From positions 487,089 through 551,088 of the forward strand of contig DATKZF010000003.1 of the NCBI GenBank assembly GCA_035528115.1: a stretch of 64,000 nucleotides of DNA, given 5' to 3'. The notes beneath the pieces were generated by a model, which was not told the origin of the DNA, did no database searches, and saw only the letters and a program-made list of their open reading frames with translations. Positions 33,751 through 42,561 of this stretch are shown piece by piece. The translations under genes and the position numbers were made by a program. This DNA is from Candidatus Bipolaricaulota bacterium. Its GTDB lineage: Bacteria; Patescibacteriota; Patescibacteriia; UBA11705; DATKZF01. Each line of letters begins with the position of its first letter. The stretch's first letter is position 1.

Positions 33751-33752
33751 GG

Positions 33753-34100
33753 TTACTTCTTCTTGCTCTTCTTGCCCTTCTCCTTACGAGCCTGGGACTG
33801 CAGCCCGGTCTGGCCCGACTCGGAGCCCTTGCTCTGGAGTCGGATCTCGCGATCGTTGTCGGCCCGCGCCTTGCGCCGCGCCTCCTGGTCCGCCGGCCGT
33901 CCCTTGCGGACGCCGCCGGGGCGGTTGAATTCCATTTTTCGGCCCCCGCTCCAACTGCCCCAGGGGGAGCTGACGGAGGATCGTCGGTTGCACTCCTCGA
34001 TGCGCTTGAGCACGAGCGGTGGTGGCTCCACGGAGACGAGCACGCATTTCGTCTGGGTCGGGGTGGGATCGGATTCTTTCGTGATCGCAACCATGTTCAT
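33753..34100 (-). CDS. Small basic hypothetical protein (115 aa) co-transcribed with the large RNA
   Basis: AAGGAGGG SD, GC-rich codon pattern, R/K-rich C-terminal half. Confidence 0.65.
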   Translation of the reverse strand: MNMVAITKESDPTPTQTKCVLVSVEPPPLVLKRIEECNRRSSVSSPWGSWSGGRKMEFNRPGGVRKGRPADQEARRKARADNDREIRLQSKGSESGQTGLQSQARKEKGKKSKKK

Positions 34101-34397
34101 TCCCTCCTTGGGGTGGGGTGGTTGTGTGTCCCTGAAACTACGATGTAGATGAGCGTGCTAAAGAAAGATTTGAAGGGTCATATAAATTAATAATTACCCT
34201 TGTCTTTTTTAGCTTTCTCTCTCCTCTACATCCCGGTTTCAGCGACTCTTTAAGGAAAAAAATAGACAGAAAAGATTCTGCCAGATCGCGAATCACAGCT
34301 TCGCGATAGCCTTGAACGAAAATTATGCTTTGTTCAGGGCTTGGCTGACTCTCTCCCAAAAGTCCGCTTGGTTTTCAAAGTTTCATTGTGACTTGGT

Positions 34398-34426
34398 ATT
34401 ATATCATAATTTAATGAATTTGTCAA
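34398..34426 (-). promoter_or_regulatory. Consensus sigma70 promoter TTGACA-17-TATAAT with extended TG, followed by boxA-like CTTTGAAAAC
   Basis: Exact consensus hexamers; boxA-like motif at 34380-34371. Confidence 0.85.
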
Positions 34427-34494
34427 GCGTGGACGTAAAAAGGATTCATATTTTATCTAAAATTACATAAATCAAGAAGGATTATTAAGAGATG

Positions 34495-34920
34495 GCTTGT
34501 TTCGTCTCGCGCATTTGGCGCTTCGACGACCCACTTTTTGACGCCAAAAAGTGGGCAACCTGCCTGCCGGCAGGCAGGAAAGCGCTGGGGGAAAATGATT
34601 CGTAAAGCGACAATTTAATGTTAACAATCTCGCGACGGCTCAGCATTTTCCCCCAGACCCCCGGTGCTATCCGCGCGTGATTCGTCGATATTAGGACTTT
34701 TGCCTTTTATCTGCCTCATTGTTTTACCAAGGTTCGATTTTAACCGGCCAAAGAGGCAGGTAGCCGGCTACCTGCTTTTGAGAAATTAAGGAACGCTGAG
34801 GAGACCCCTGACGAATGCAAGGGGACGACGAAGCGAACCGGACGTTAGTCCATAACCTGCCCCCCGACCTTTAAAATAAGCAATAAAAAGGGAGGGGGGA
34901 CAAGGGGGGAGGGTTAAAAT
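34495..34920. repeat. Patchwork of MITE-like palindromes, including CCTGCCTGCCGGCAGGCAGG (34559-34578)
   Basis: Multiple inverted repeats; the 20-bp palindrome recurs at 46570-46588. Confidence 0.6.
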
Positions 34921-34984
34921 TATGAGGTTTCATGGCATAAAAAAAGCCGCCCCATTCGGGGCGGCTTGAAATTGACGTTTATTA

Positions 34985-36412
34985 TTAAATGGCCGATAAA
35001 CCTTTTAGCACCACCCATGGCGTTTTCAAGAAAATCCACAAATCAAGGCGATATGACCAATTTTCAATATAATAGATGTCCATTTTTGCTTCTTCGTCAA
35101 AGGGCAGATCCGATCGTCCGCTGATTTGAGCCAGACCCGTTAATCCGGGTTTTATATCCAAGGTTCGAGTTTGCTCCTGAGAATAATTGGCCACTTCTCG
35201 GGGCTGATGAGGACGCGGGCCGACCAGGCTCATGTTGCCGATCAGCACATTGAAAAATTGCGGCAATTCGTCAATGCTGAACTTTCTGATGAATTTGCCG
35301 ACCTTGGTCACTCGCGGATCTTTTTTGATTTTATACAACGCGCCCCGCGACGCCCGTTGTTCCTTGATCAATTTATTTTCATACTCAAGCGCCTTTTTTC
35401 CGGCCTTGGTATTTTCATCCGTGCTGAATTCATTGTACATGGATCTGAATTTGTAAACGAAAAATTTATTGCCGTATTGTCCGACCCTTTCATTTTTGTA
35501 AATTATCGGGCCGCGCGACGTGATTTTAATGGCCAGAGCTGTCAACAATAAAATGGGGGAAAGCAGTAGCAATAAAATGAATGAGAAAACAATGTCCGCG
35601 GTTCGCTTAATGATTTTTCTCCAGCCGTCGAGCGGAGTTTTTTTGATTTCAATCACGGGAATGCCTCCGATCATGTGGGATTCGATGTTCGTGGACCTGG
35701 CCTCAAAAGGGCCTGCCGCGTATTTGAAAACGATGTGATTGTATTTGGCGAAATTCAAAAGTTTGATGGAATCTTTTCTGGAAATGTTGGGATCGGATTG
35801 AATGATTTCGTCAATGAAATATTTTTTGTGCCATTCGACCAACTTGTCGAAGGCCGTCGAATCGATTTCTTTGATTTGTCCGATGATTTTGAGTCCGAGC
35901 GAAGATTCCTTGTTTATCGTGTCTTTGATCGTCTGGGTGTACGCGTTATAGCCTACCAGCACGACTTTGTTAGTGCCCCAGCCCGTTTTGTACAAATGAT
36001 TTTGAATCATTCTGATGATAAATCTGCCCAGCACGATATAGACAATGCTCAATATCCAGGCGGCCAGAACAATGAATCTGGATTCAAAGAGTTCTCGCAC
36101 GAAAAACATGTAAATGATAATGGCGGCCATGCCCGTGGAACAAGCCATGAAAATGCGCGCCAATTCATCGGTCAAGGTCGGTTTTTTGAAATTGTAAAGT
36201 CTGCTTATAAAGAAGAAAAGAATCCAGACGACGGAGACGACGAGCGCCGCGATAATGTATTTGTCAAAAGGCAAATCAAAAATTACCGGTCTTATCTCGG
36301 TAATTTCTTGCTTGAATCTTAAAAAATACGCGGTAATGGCGGCCAGCAACAATAAAATATAGTCTGTCGCCAACCTAATAAGGACGAAAATTAATTCGGA
36401 TTTTTTTATCAT
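34985..36412 (-). CDS. Undecaprenyl-phosphate sugar phosphotransferase (WcaJ-like)
   Basis: KFRSM, DPRVT, SIDELPQ, MSLVGPRP, KPGLTGLAQ. Confidence 0.95.
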   Translation of the reverse strand: MIKKSELIFVLIRLATDYILLLLAAITAYFLRFKQEITEIRPVIFDLPFDKYIIAALVVSVVWILFFFISRLYNFKKPTLTDELARIFMACSTGMAAIIIYMFFVRELFESRFIVLAAWILSIVYIVLGRFIIRMIQNHLYKTGWGTNKVVLVGYNAYTQTIKDTINKESSLGLKIIGQIKEIDSTAFDKLVEWHKKYFIDEIIQSDPNISRKDSIKLLNFAKYNHIVFKYAAGPFEARSTNIESHMIGGIPVIEIKKTPLDGWRKIIKRTADIVFSFILLLLLSPILLLTALAIKITSRGPIIYKNERVGQYGNKFFVYKFRSMYNEFSTDENTKAGKKALEYENKLIKEQRASRGALYKIKKDPRVTKVGKFIRKFSIDELPQFFNVLIGNMSLVGPRPHQPREVANYSQEQTRTLDIKPGLTGLAQISGRSDLPFDEEAKMDIYYIENWSYRLDLWIFLKTPWVVLKGLSAI

Positions 36413-36495
36413 AGCATGGGTTTTATTGGAAGATAAATGACTACTATCATTATGCCAGTTTTATCGGTGTCTGGCAATGTCATTTGGCTTCCAAT

Positions 36496-37260
36496 GATCT
36501 AAATAAGCCTGTAAGCCGAATTCTGTGGCCTCCGCCAAGAATTCGAACGGCAGATTTTAGAACCTGTCGGCCGAAGCCTTGGCGAAGGTCGATGACCATC
36601 TATCTAGGTCCGACATTGCTGCCGGACTCAAGCGAGCTACCAAATTTGCTCTTGCACCTGATAGGGTTTACCACGCTTGGACGTTGCCGTCCAAGGAGAG
36701 AAGTATGATTTAAATGGTCACGTGAACAATTTAACTTTTTTTCTTCTCACTTTTCACCTTTGGCCGCGAAGCGGCCACCCTGAGTGAGGAGCAGTGCGAC
36801 GAATCGAAGGGTGTAGATGTATCCTTCGACTCGCTATGCTCGCTCAGGATAGTCGCTTCGCGACTAGTATAGTCTCTGTGGCACTGGCCGTCGGCCGAGT
36901 TTCTTTCGACCCTATCTCAGAAATAATTTTCTATTCAATTGGCGAATTTAGGCTGCAAATTGTTCAAAACTCGTCACCATAATAATCATATTATGCTTCT
37001 TCGTCTTTCACAATTTTCGCTCTAAATTCGCTCAATCTCATTACGAAACTTATGTCTGAGATAGGGTCTTGTTATCTCGGCATCGCCCGGACGTTATCCG
37101 GTATCATTTTTTATGGTGTTCGGACTTTCCTCCCTCCTTCGCTCCTTGCTGCGCTCGAGCTTCGAAGGGCAAGCCCTCTTAGTTTGCGAGGGGGGTTGCC
37201 GTTCTTGGCTTCAAACAAAGCAAGGAGCGAAGAAGAGCGGTCATCCGGCTTATTCAGATC
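36496..37260 (-). ncRNA. rnpB: RNase P RNA, unusually long (~765 nt)
   Basis: GAGGAAAGTCCG, AGTGCCACAGA, GGTAAACCC, ACAGAATTCGGCTTA; P1 GATCTGAATAAGCC/GGCTTATTTAGATC; TTGACA-17-TATAAT promoter at 37295-37267. Confidence 0.95.
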
Positions 37261-37321
37261 AATGAAATTATAGCAAAAAAATGATGAAATGTCAATGGTA
37301 ATTTAAAAACCGCCAGCATGG

Positions 37322-38674
37322 CTAGCGGTTGAGGAAGTTACGAAAAGCGTCGGTCACGACCATCTGCTCGAGGCGCTCGCCACAAGTGATGATGCCAAGC
37401 TGCGCGTCCGGGAAGTGTGAGGTCGAGGAATTTGTGACTCCAAGCAGGAAGTCCTGCGCCTCGTCCGGCAGTTGACTGAAACTTCTGGCCGCGCCCGTCC
37501 CGCTTTTCCAGCCGTTGAAATTGACAACGTCGGGCTCGCACAGGTCCCAGTCAGCAATGCGAGCGGGCGGGTACGCGAAGCGCTCGCCGCGAAGTTGCCA
37601 GGTATCCACGACCGGGATTTTAGGTTGACTGTCGAGCACGTCCAGTTTCGTAAAGCACAGGAAGTTCGGCGCGCAGAGCCGAATTCCTTGTCGAAGGAGC
37701 GGGAGATTGAGCGGGCCGCAACGTCGAGGGCGTCCGGTGGTGACGCCGAATTCCGCGCCGCGTTGTCGCAGAGACTCTCCGGTGTCGGATTTGTCTTCGC
37801 CGGGAAAAGGCCCGCCGCCGACTCTGGTGGCGTAGAGCTTGGATACTCCGATCGTGAACGCGATGTCCATTATCGTCAATCCCGCTTGCGCGATCAGGCC
37901 GGCTGCGGTCGTTGATGACGAAGTGACGTACGGGTACGTCCCGAACAGCCGATCAAGCAGAGCTCCTTGGCCCGGTTCGATCAGGCCGATGTCGCCGTTG
38001 CGTTTGATTTCATCGATTACTCGTAAGGTGTCCGTGACGCGACCGCCCAGCTTTCGGACGGAGTCAATGACATTGTCCACTTCGCATTTTTCTTCGGGCC
38101 GGCCGCAGCCGCGCAAGATGGCGTTGGCGAGGTCGTACGCCAGCTTGAGCCTCTGTTCAGCTTTGTCGCCGCTCTCAAGCAGTTCAAAGAATGTCGGTCC
38201 GACCCGGAATGCCTGCATGGCGTAGGTCGGGCCGATGCCGCTGCCCGTGGTGCCGATACGGTCATTGCCCATGAGAATTTCGATGGCCGCTTCGACCGAA
38301 CGATAGATCGGCAAAACGACTTGAGCGCGACCGTCGATCAAGGTTGGCGAGACGTTGACTCCTTGGGCGCGCAGGTCCGTCATTTCTTTTTTCAGCGCGA
38401 CTGGGTCGATGACCATGCCAGCTGCCAAAATGGCCGTGATGTCGGGATCGAACACGGCCAGCGGCAGGTAATGGCTTTTTTGGAGTCGACCGAAGCTGTC
38501 TCTGTACGAATGGCCGGCATTGCCGCCGCCATTGGGCCGAATGGCCCATTTGATGCGCGGGTTGTGGCTCTGCTTCATCAGCTGAGCCAGACGCAGAGAG
38601 ACAGACCCTTTGCCGTTGTCTCCGAACGTCAAATCGGAGAGTAAAATGAACCTGCCGCGAAGATTAGGCATCAT
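37322..38674 (-). CDS. purA: Adenylosuccinate synthetase (divergent, GC-rich)
   Basis: GDNGKG, GGGNAGH, IGTTGSGIGPTY, GTYPYVTSS, TTGRPRRCG. Confidence 0.9.
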   Translation of the reverse strand: MMPNLRGRFILLSDLTFGDNGKGSVSLRLAQLMKQSHNPRIKWAIRPNGGGNAGHSYRDSFGRLQKSHYLPLAVFDPDITAILAAGMVIDPVALKKEMTDLRAQGVNVSPTLIDGRAQVVLPIYRSVEAAIEILMGNDRIGTTGSGIGPTYAMQAFRVGPTFFELLESGDKAEQRLKLAYDLANAILRGCGRPEEKCEVDNVIDSVRKLGGRVTDTLRVIDEIKRNGDIGLIEPGQGALLDRLFGTYPYVTSSSTTAAGLIAQAGLTIMDIAFTIGVSKLYATRVGGGPFPGEDKSDTGESLRQRGAEFGVTTGRPRRCGPLNLPLLRQGIRLCAPNFLCFTKLDVLDSQPKIPVVDTWQLRGERFAYPPARIADWDLCEPDVVNFNGWKSGTGAARSFSQLPDEAQDFLLGVTNSSTSHFPDAQLGIITCGERLEQMVVTDAFRNFLNR

Positions 38675-38800
38675 GGCCTCTCTTTCTTTGTATGTCATTG
38701 CCCATGGAAAGTTTAGAAGCTTTGAGGAGAAAAGTCAATCATTGCGCAATTAAAAAACAAGCCCTATTTTAGGGCCTGTTTTTGATATATTGAGCTTTTT

Positions 38801-39403
38801 TTACGCTTCCGGGTATTTGGTGATATCGATTATTTTGCCGTCGTCATCCATTAAGATAATGACTGTCGGCTCCATGTCAGTGTCATTGGGAAAGGCTTGA
38901 ACTTCCCACATGTAATGATAATCAAGTCCGTTATATCTCAGCAAAGAAACGATCACTATCGCGTCCGGGTTGGCCGCTTTGAAAGCGTCGATTTCGCTTT
39001 TAGCCAGATTATAGATGGCCGGGCTGTCGGTCTTTAAGGCTTCGCCGCCTTGCTGTTCATAAGAACATTCGCCTTGATCGGTCGAGCTGACGACCATTTC
39101 TTGCTTGACCGTCAGATATTTGATTTTGTTTTGCGATGGCGAGCAATAGTAGAAGAACCAAGCGTTGCTCGTGCCTTCTTCATTGAGCGGCGATTGAAAA
39201 GTCTTTTCCACGACCGCGTCGGACGCCCATTTTTTCGCTTCAAGGTCGGCGACTTTTTTGGCTTCCAAGATGGTCATCATGGTTTTTCCCGGAGTCACCA
39301 CTTCAGGTTGCGCTGTTTTGTTTACAACCGGAGTTTTTTCGGCGCAAGCCGCTCCCGAAAGAACCAGAGCCGCCATTGCTAAAACGAAAATTGCTTTTTT
39401 CAT
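38801..39403 (-). CDS. Hypothetical exported/lipoprotein
   Basis: Signal peptide with GAAC. Confidence 0.7.
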   Translation of the reverse strand: MKKAIFVLAMAALVLSGAACAEKTPVVNKTAQPEVVTPGKTMMTILEAKKVADLEAKKWASDAVVEKTFQSPLNEEGTSNAWFFYYCSPSQNKIKYLTVKQEMVVSSTDQGECSYEQQGGEALKTDSPAIYNLAKSEIDAFKAANPDAIVIVSLLRYNGLDYHYMWEVQAFPNDTDMEPTVIILMDDDGKIIDITKYPEA

Positions 39404-39406
39404 AGT

Positions 39407-40390
39407 TTATTCGTTAATTATTAACCCTATGTTTTTTTTGACTCTCGCTAATGTTTTTTCGGATATTTTTTTCGCTTCGCGCAAGCCTTGTCCCAGAATT
39501 TTTTGCGCTTCTTTATCATCGACGTTTCTCATTCTTTCTTGAATCGGAACCAGGAATTCTATGATTTTTTCAGCCAAATCTTTTTTGAATTCCGAATAAG
39601 CCGCGCCTTTGTACTTTTTTTCAATTTCTTTGATTTCTTCCCCGGAAACCAGATGGTAAATGGTCAGCAAGTTTGAAAGCGCGGGTTTGTCTTTGGCATA
39701 AACGATGTCAGAACCGGAATCAGTGACCGCTTTCATTATTTTTTTTCTGACGACTTCCGGCGTATCGGTCATGGCGATGTAATTCAATTCGGATTTGGCG
39801 GACTTGCTCATTTTTTGGGTCGGATCGTCAAGTCCCATGACGCGAGCGCCTAATTTCGGCACGATCGGTTCGGGAATTTTGAAGGTGTCGCCGTAAATTT
39901 TATTGAATTTTTTGGCGATTGTTCTGGTCAATTCCACGTGCTGGATTTGGTCCTCTCCCACGGGCACGACATCAGTGCCATAGAGTAAAATGTCGGCCGC
40001 CATCAGCACCGGATAATCAAACAGGCCGGTATTGATGTTTTCTTTGTGCTTTTGGGACTTGTCTTTGAATTGCGTCATGCGCTCCAGCTCGGCCATTGGC
40101 GTGATGGTGTTTAATATCCAGGCCAGCTCGGCGTGCTCAGGCGCTTGCGATTGAATGAACAGTGAGCATTTTTTAGGATCAAGGCCGGCGGCGAGATAGA
40201 GCTTTGCCAAATTATAGGTATTTCTTTTCAGCTTTTCCGGATCTTGATAAACCGTCAAAGCATGCAAATCAACGATGCAAAACAAACAATCATACTCATT
40301 GATGAATTTGATCCAATTTTTGATGGCGCCGAAATAATTGCCCAGATGAATTACGCCGCTCGGCTGAATGCCGCTGAAGACTCTTTTCAT
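39407..40390 (-). CDS. trpS: Tryptophanyl-tRNA synthetase
   Basis: SGIQPSG-HLGNY, VPVGEDQ, KMSKS. Confidence 0.98.
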   Translation of the reverse strand: MKRVFSGIQPSGVIHLGNYFGAIKNWIKFINEYDCLFCIVDLHALTVYQDPEKLKRNTYNLAKLYLAAGLDPKKCSLFIQSQAPEHAELAWILNTITPMAELERMTQFKDKSQKHKENINTGLFDYPVLMAADILLYGTDVVPVGEDQIQHVELTRTIAKKFNKIYGDTFKIPEPIVPKLGARVMGLDDPTQKMSKSAKSELNYIAMTDTPEVVRKKIMKAVTDSGSDIVYAKDKPALSNLLTIYHLVSGEEIKEIEKKYKGAAYSEFKKDLAEKIIEFLVPIQERMRNVDDKEAQKILGQGLREAKKISEKTLARVKKNIGLIINE

Positions 40391-40650
40391 ATTACGAATT
40401 ATTACTTCTAATAAGCTAGCCTTGGTTTTAGGTTTTGTGAATCGTTACGAATGATTACAAATACGTTTATGTTACGAATTACAATATTCTATTTAGCTTT
40501 CAGGTTATTTGTTACGAATTACAATATTCTCAGGCATAAAGCTATAGGTGAATGTAATTTGGAAAAATGCTCCATGATACGTGATCCATGATCTATGGTA
40601 ACGTCTCGTAATAATATTTTACCAAATCCAAGCCTCATTTGTCGAGGAAA

Positions 40651-42384
40651 TTAAACTTCAATGACCACGGGCAAAATCATGGGTCGGCGTTTGGTTTTTT
40701 TGAACAAAAACGCGCCGATTTCATTTCTCAGCCTGTTCTTTATGTCATTGGCATCTGCCGGAGTGTTGTCGTTGTTGTCCTTGGCTATTTTTTTCACCAG
40801 CGCGCGAGCCGCTTCGACCAATTCTTTGCTTTCTTTCATGTAAATGAAGCCTCTGGAAATAATATCCGGACTGCCGATCAGCGCGCCCGATCTTTTGCTG
40901 AGGGTGGCGATGACGACAAACATGCCGTCTTCCGACATTTGTCGGCGATCGCGCAAAACTATATTGCTGACGTCGCCCACGCCCAGTCCGTCAACCATGA
41001 CGTATTCGGTGGGCACTCGTTCTTTGGTCAGATTTCCCTTGGCTTGCCCGCCTTGTCTGGCGAATTCAATCACTTGGCCGTTATCGGCCACCAGAATGTT
41101 TTCTTTGGGCATGCCCAGTTGTTCGGCTATGTCGGCGTTGGCTTTGAGCATGTAGTGATTGGCTTCGATTGGGATATAATATTCGGGTTTCAATAATCTG
41201 ATCATCATTTTCAAGTCTTCTTGCATGGCGTGTCCGCCGGCGTGGACATCCATCAATTGGTAATGATAAACCTTGGCGCCTTGTCTGGCGAAGGTATCCT
41301 TTAAGCTTTGGATGGTCCTTTCATTTCCGGGAATGACCGAAGAAGAGAAAATAATCGTATCGCCTTTGGCCACGGTCAGGAATCGATGATCGTTGTTGGC
41401 GATTCTCATCAAAACGGCATTGCTTTCTCCTTGCGCGCCGGTGCCGACGATCACTTGCTTGCTCTGCGGCAATTTCATGAAGTCATTTTGTTCGACAATG
41501 GTGCCGGGTTTTATTTTCATGTAGCCAAGTTCGGTGGCGATGTCGACGTTGGAGATCATACTGCGGCCGTCGAGATAAATTTTTCTGCCGAGCTTTTCGC
41601 AAATACTGATGATTTGCTGAACGCGATTTAATGACGAAGCGAATGTGCCCACGATAATTCTGCCCGGCGCGTCCGCGAATATTTTGCTGATATCTTCCGA
41701 TACTTTGCTTTCGGAAATTTGATAACCCGGTTTTTCCGCGTTGGTGCTGTCCGCCATCAACGCCATTACGCCTCTGGCGCCGAATTGGGCGATGCGGTTC
41801 AAATCCGCGGGCTTGTCGTTGATCGGGTTAAAGTCGATTTTAAAATCTCCCGTGTGAATGATATTGCCGACCGGCGTCGAAATGAACACGCCGAAGCTGT
41901 CCGGGATATTGTGATTGACTCTGAAAAATTCGACTTTGAATTTGCCCAGCTGAATGGCGTCCTTTTCCGGATCCACCATTTGAATATTGAGTTTGCCGGT
42001 GTGAAATTCTTCATGCCGTTTTTGAATGATGCCGGCCGTGAGCTTGGCCGTATAGATGGTGGGGTTGCCGAGCTCGGGAATAAGATAAGAAACGGCCCCA
42101 ATGTGATCATAATGGCCGTGAGTGATTATCACTCCTTTGATTTTTTTCACTTTGTCTTTCAAATAAGTGATGTCGGGAATGATAAAATCAATGCCCGGCA
42201 TGTTTTCTTCCGGGAATTGCAAACCAAGGTCAATGATAATAATGTCATTGCCGTACTCGATCGCGGTCATGTTGCGGCCGACTTCTTCGAGTCCGCCGAG
42301 CACGATGAGCCGCAGTTTGTTTAAGCTGGGTCTGGGGACCCATCTTTTTCTGGCAGAAGGGGCCTGTGTTGTTTTTTGTCTCAT
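40651..42384 (-). CDS. rnj: Ribonuclease J
   Basis: GGLEEVGRN, THGHYDHIG, HTGDFK, HAGGH. Confidence 0.96.
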   Translation of the reverse strand: MRQKTTQAPSARKRWVPRPSLNKLRLIVLGGLEEVGRNMTAIEYGNDIIIIDLGLQFPEENMPGIDFIIPDITYLKDKVKKIKGVIITHGHYDHIGAVSYLIPELGNPTIYTAKLTAGIIQKRHEEFHTGKLNIQMVDPEKDAIQLGKFKVEFFRVNHNIPDSFGVFISTPVGNIIHTGDFKIDFNPINDKPADLNRIAQFGARGVMALMADSTNAEKPGYQISESKVSEDISKIFADAPGRIIVGTFASSLNRVQQIISICEKLGRKIYLDGRSMISNVDIATELGYMKIKPGTIVEQNDFMKLPQSKQVIVGTGAQGESNAVLMRIANNDHRFLTVAKGDTIIFSSSVIPGNERTIQSLKDTFARQGAKVYHYQLMDVHAGGHAMQEDLKMMIRLLKPEYYIPIEANHYMLKANADIAEQLGMPKENILVADNGQVIEFARQGGQAKGNLTKERVPTEYVMVDGLGVGDVSNIVLRDRRQMSEDGMFVVIATLSKRSGALIGSPDIISRGFIYMKESKELVEAARALVKKIAKDNNDNTPADANDIKNRLRNEIGAFLFKKTKRRPMILPVVIEV

Positions 42385-42561
42385 AATGTTTTTTATGGAA
42401 GTTAAATAATTACAAATAATTAAATCCGTTAGGACAAGCTTGATTTTGGTTCTAAGAATTAATTACAAATAGTTACGAACAAACAAATTTATAAATTAGG
42501 AAAGTAATAAGTAATTGAAAAGGTGGTAGCTGTTTAGGTGGCTATCTAAAAAGCTAAGAAG

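Noticed and set aside
22981-34400. tmRNA, SRP RNA or tRNA identity for the structured regions
   Set aside because: No tRNA-like ends with a T-loop and CCA, and no SRP GGAA/GCAG domain IV motif.
37322-38674. PurZ (2-aminoadenine synthesis)
   Set aside because: Retains Asp in GDxGKG rather than the PurZ Ser, and there are no datZ/mazZ neighbours.
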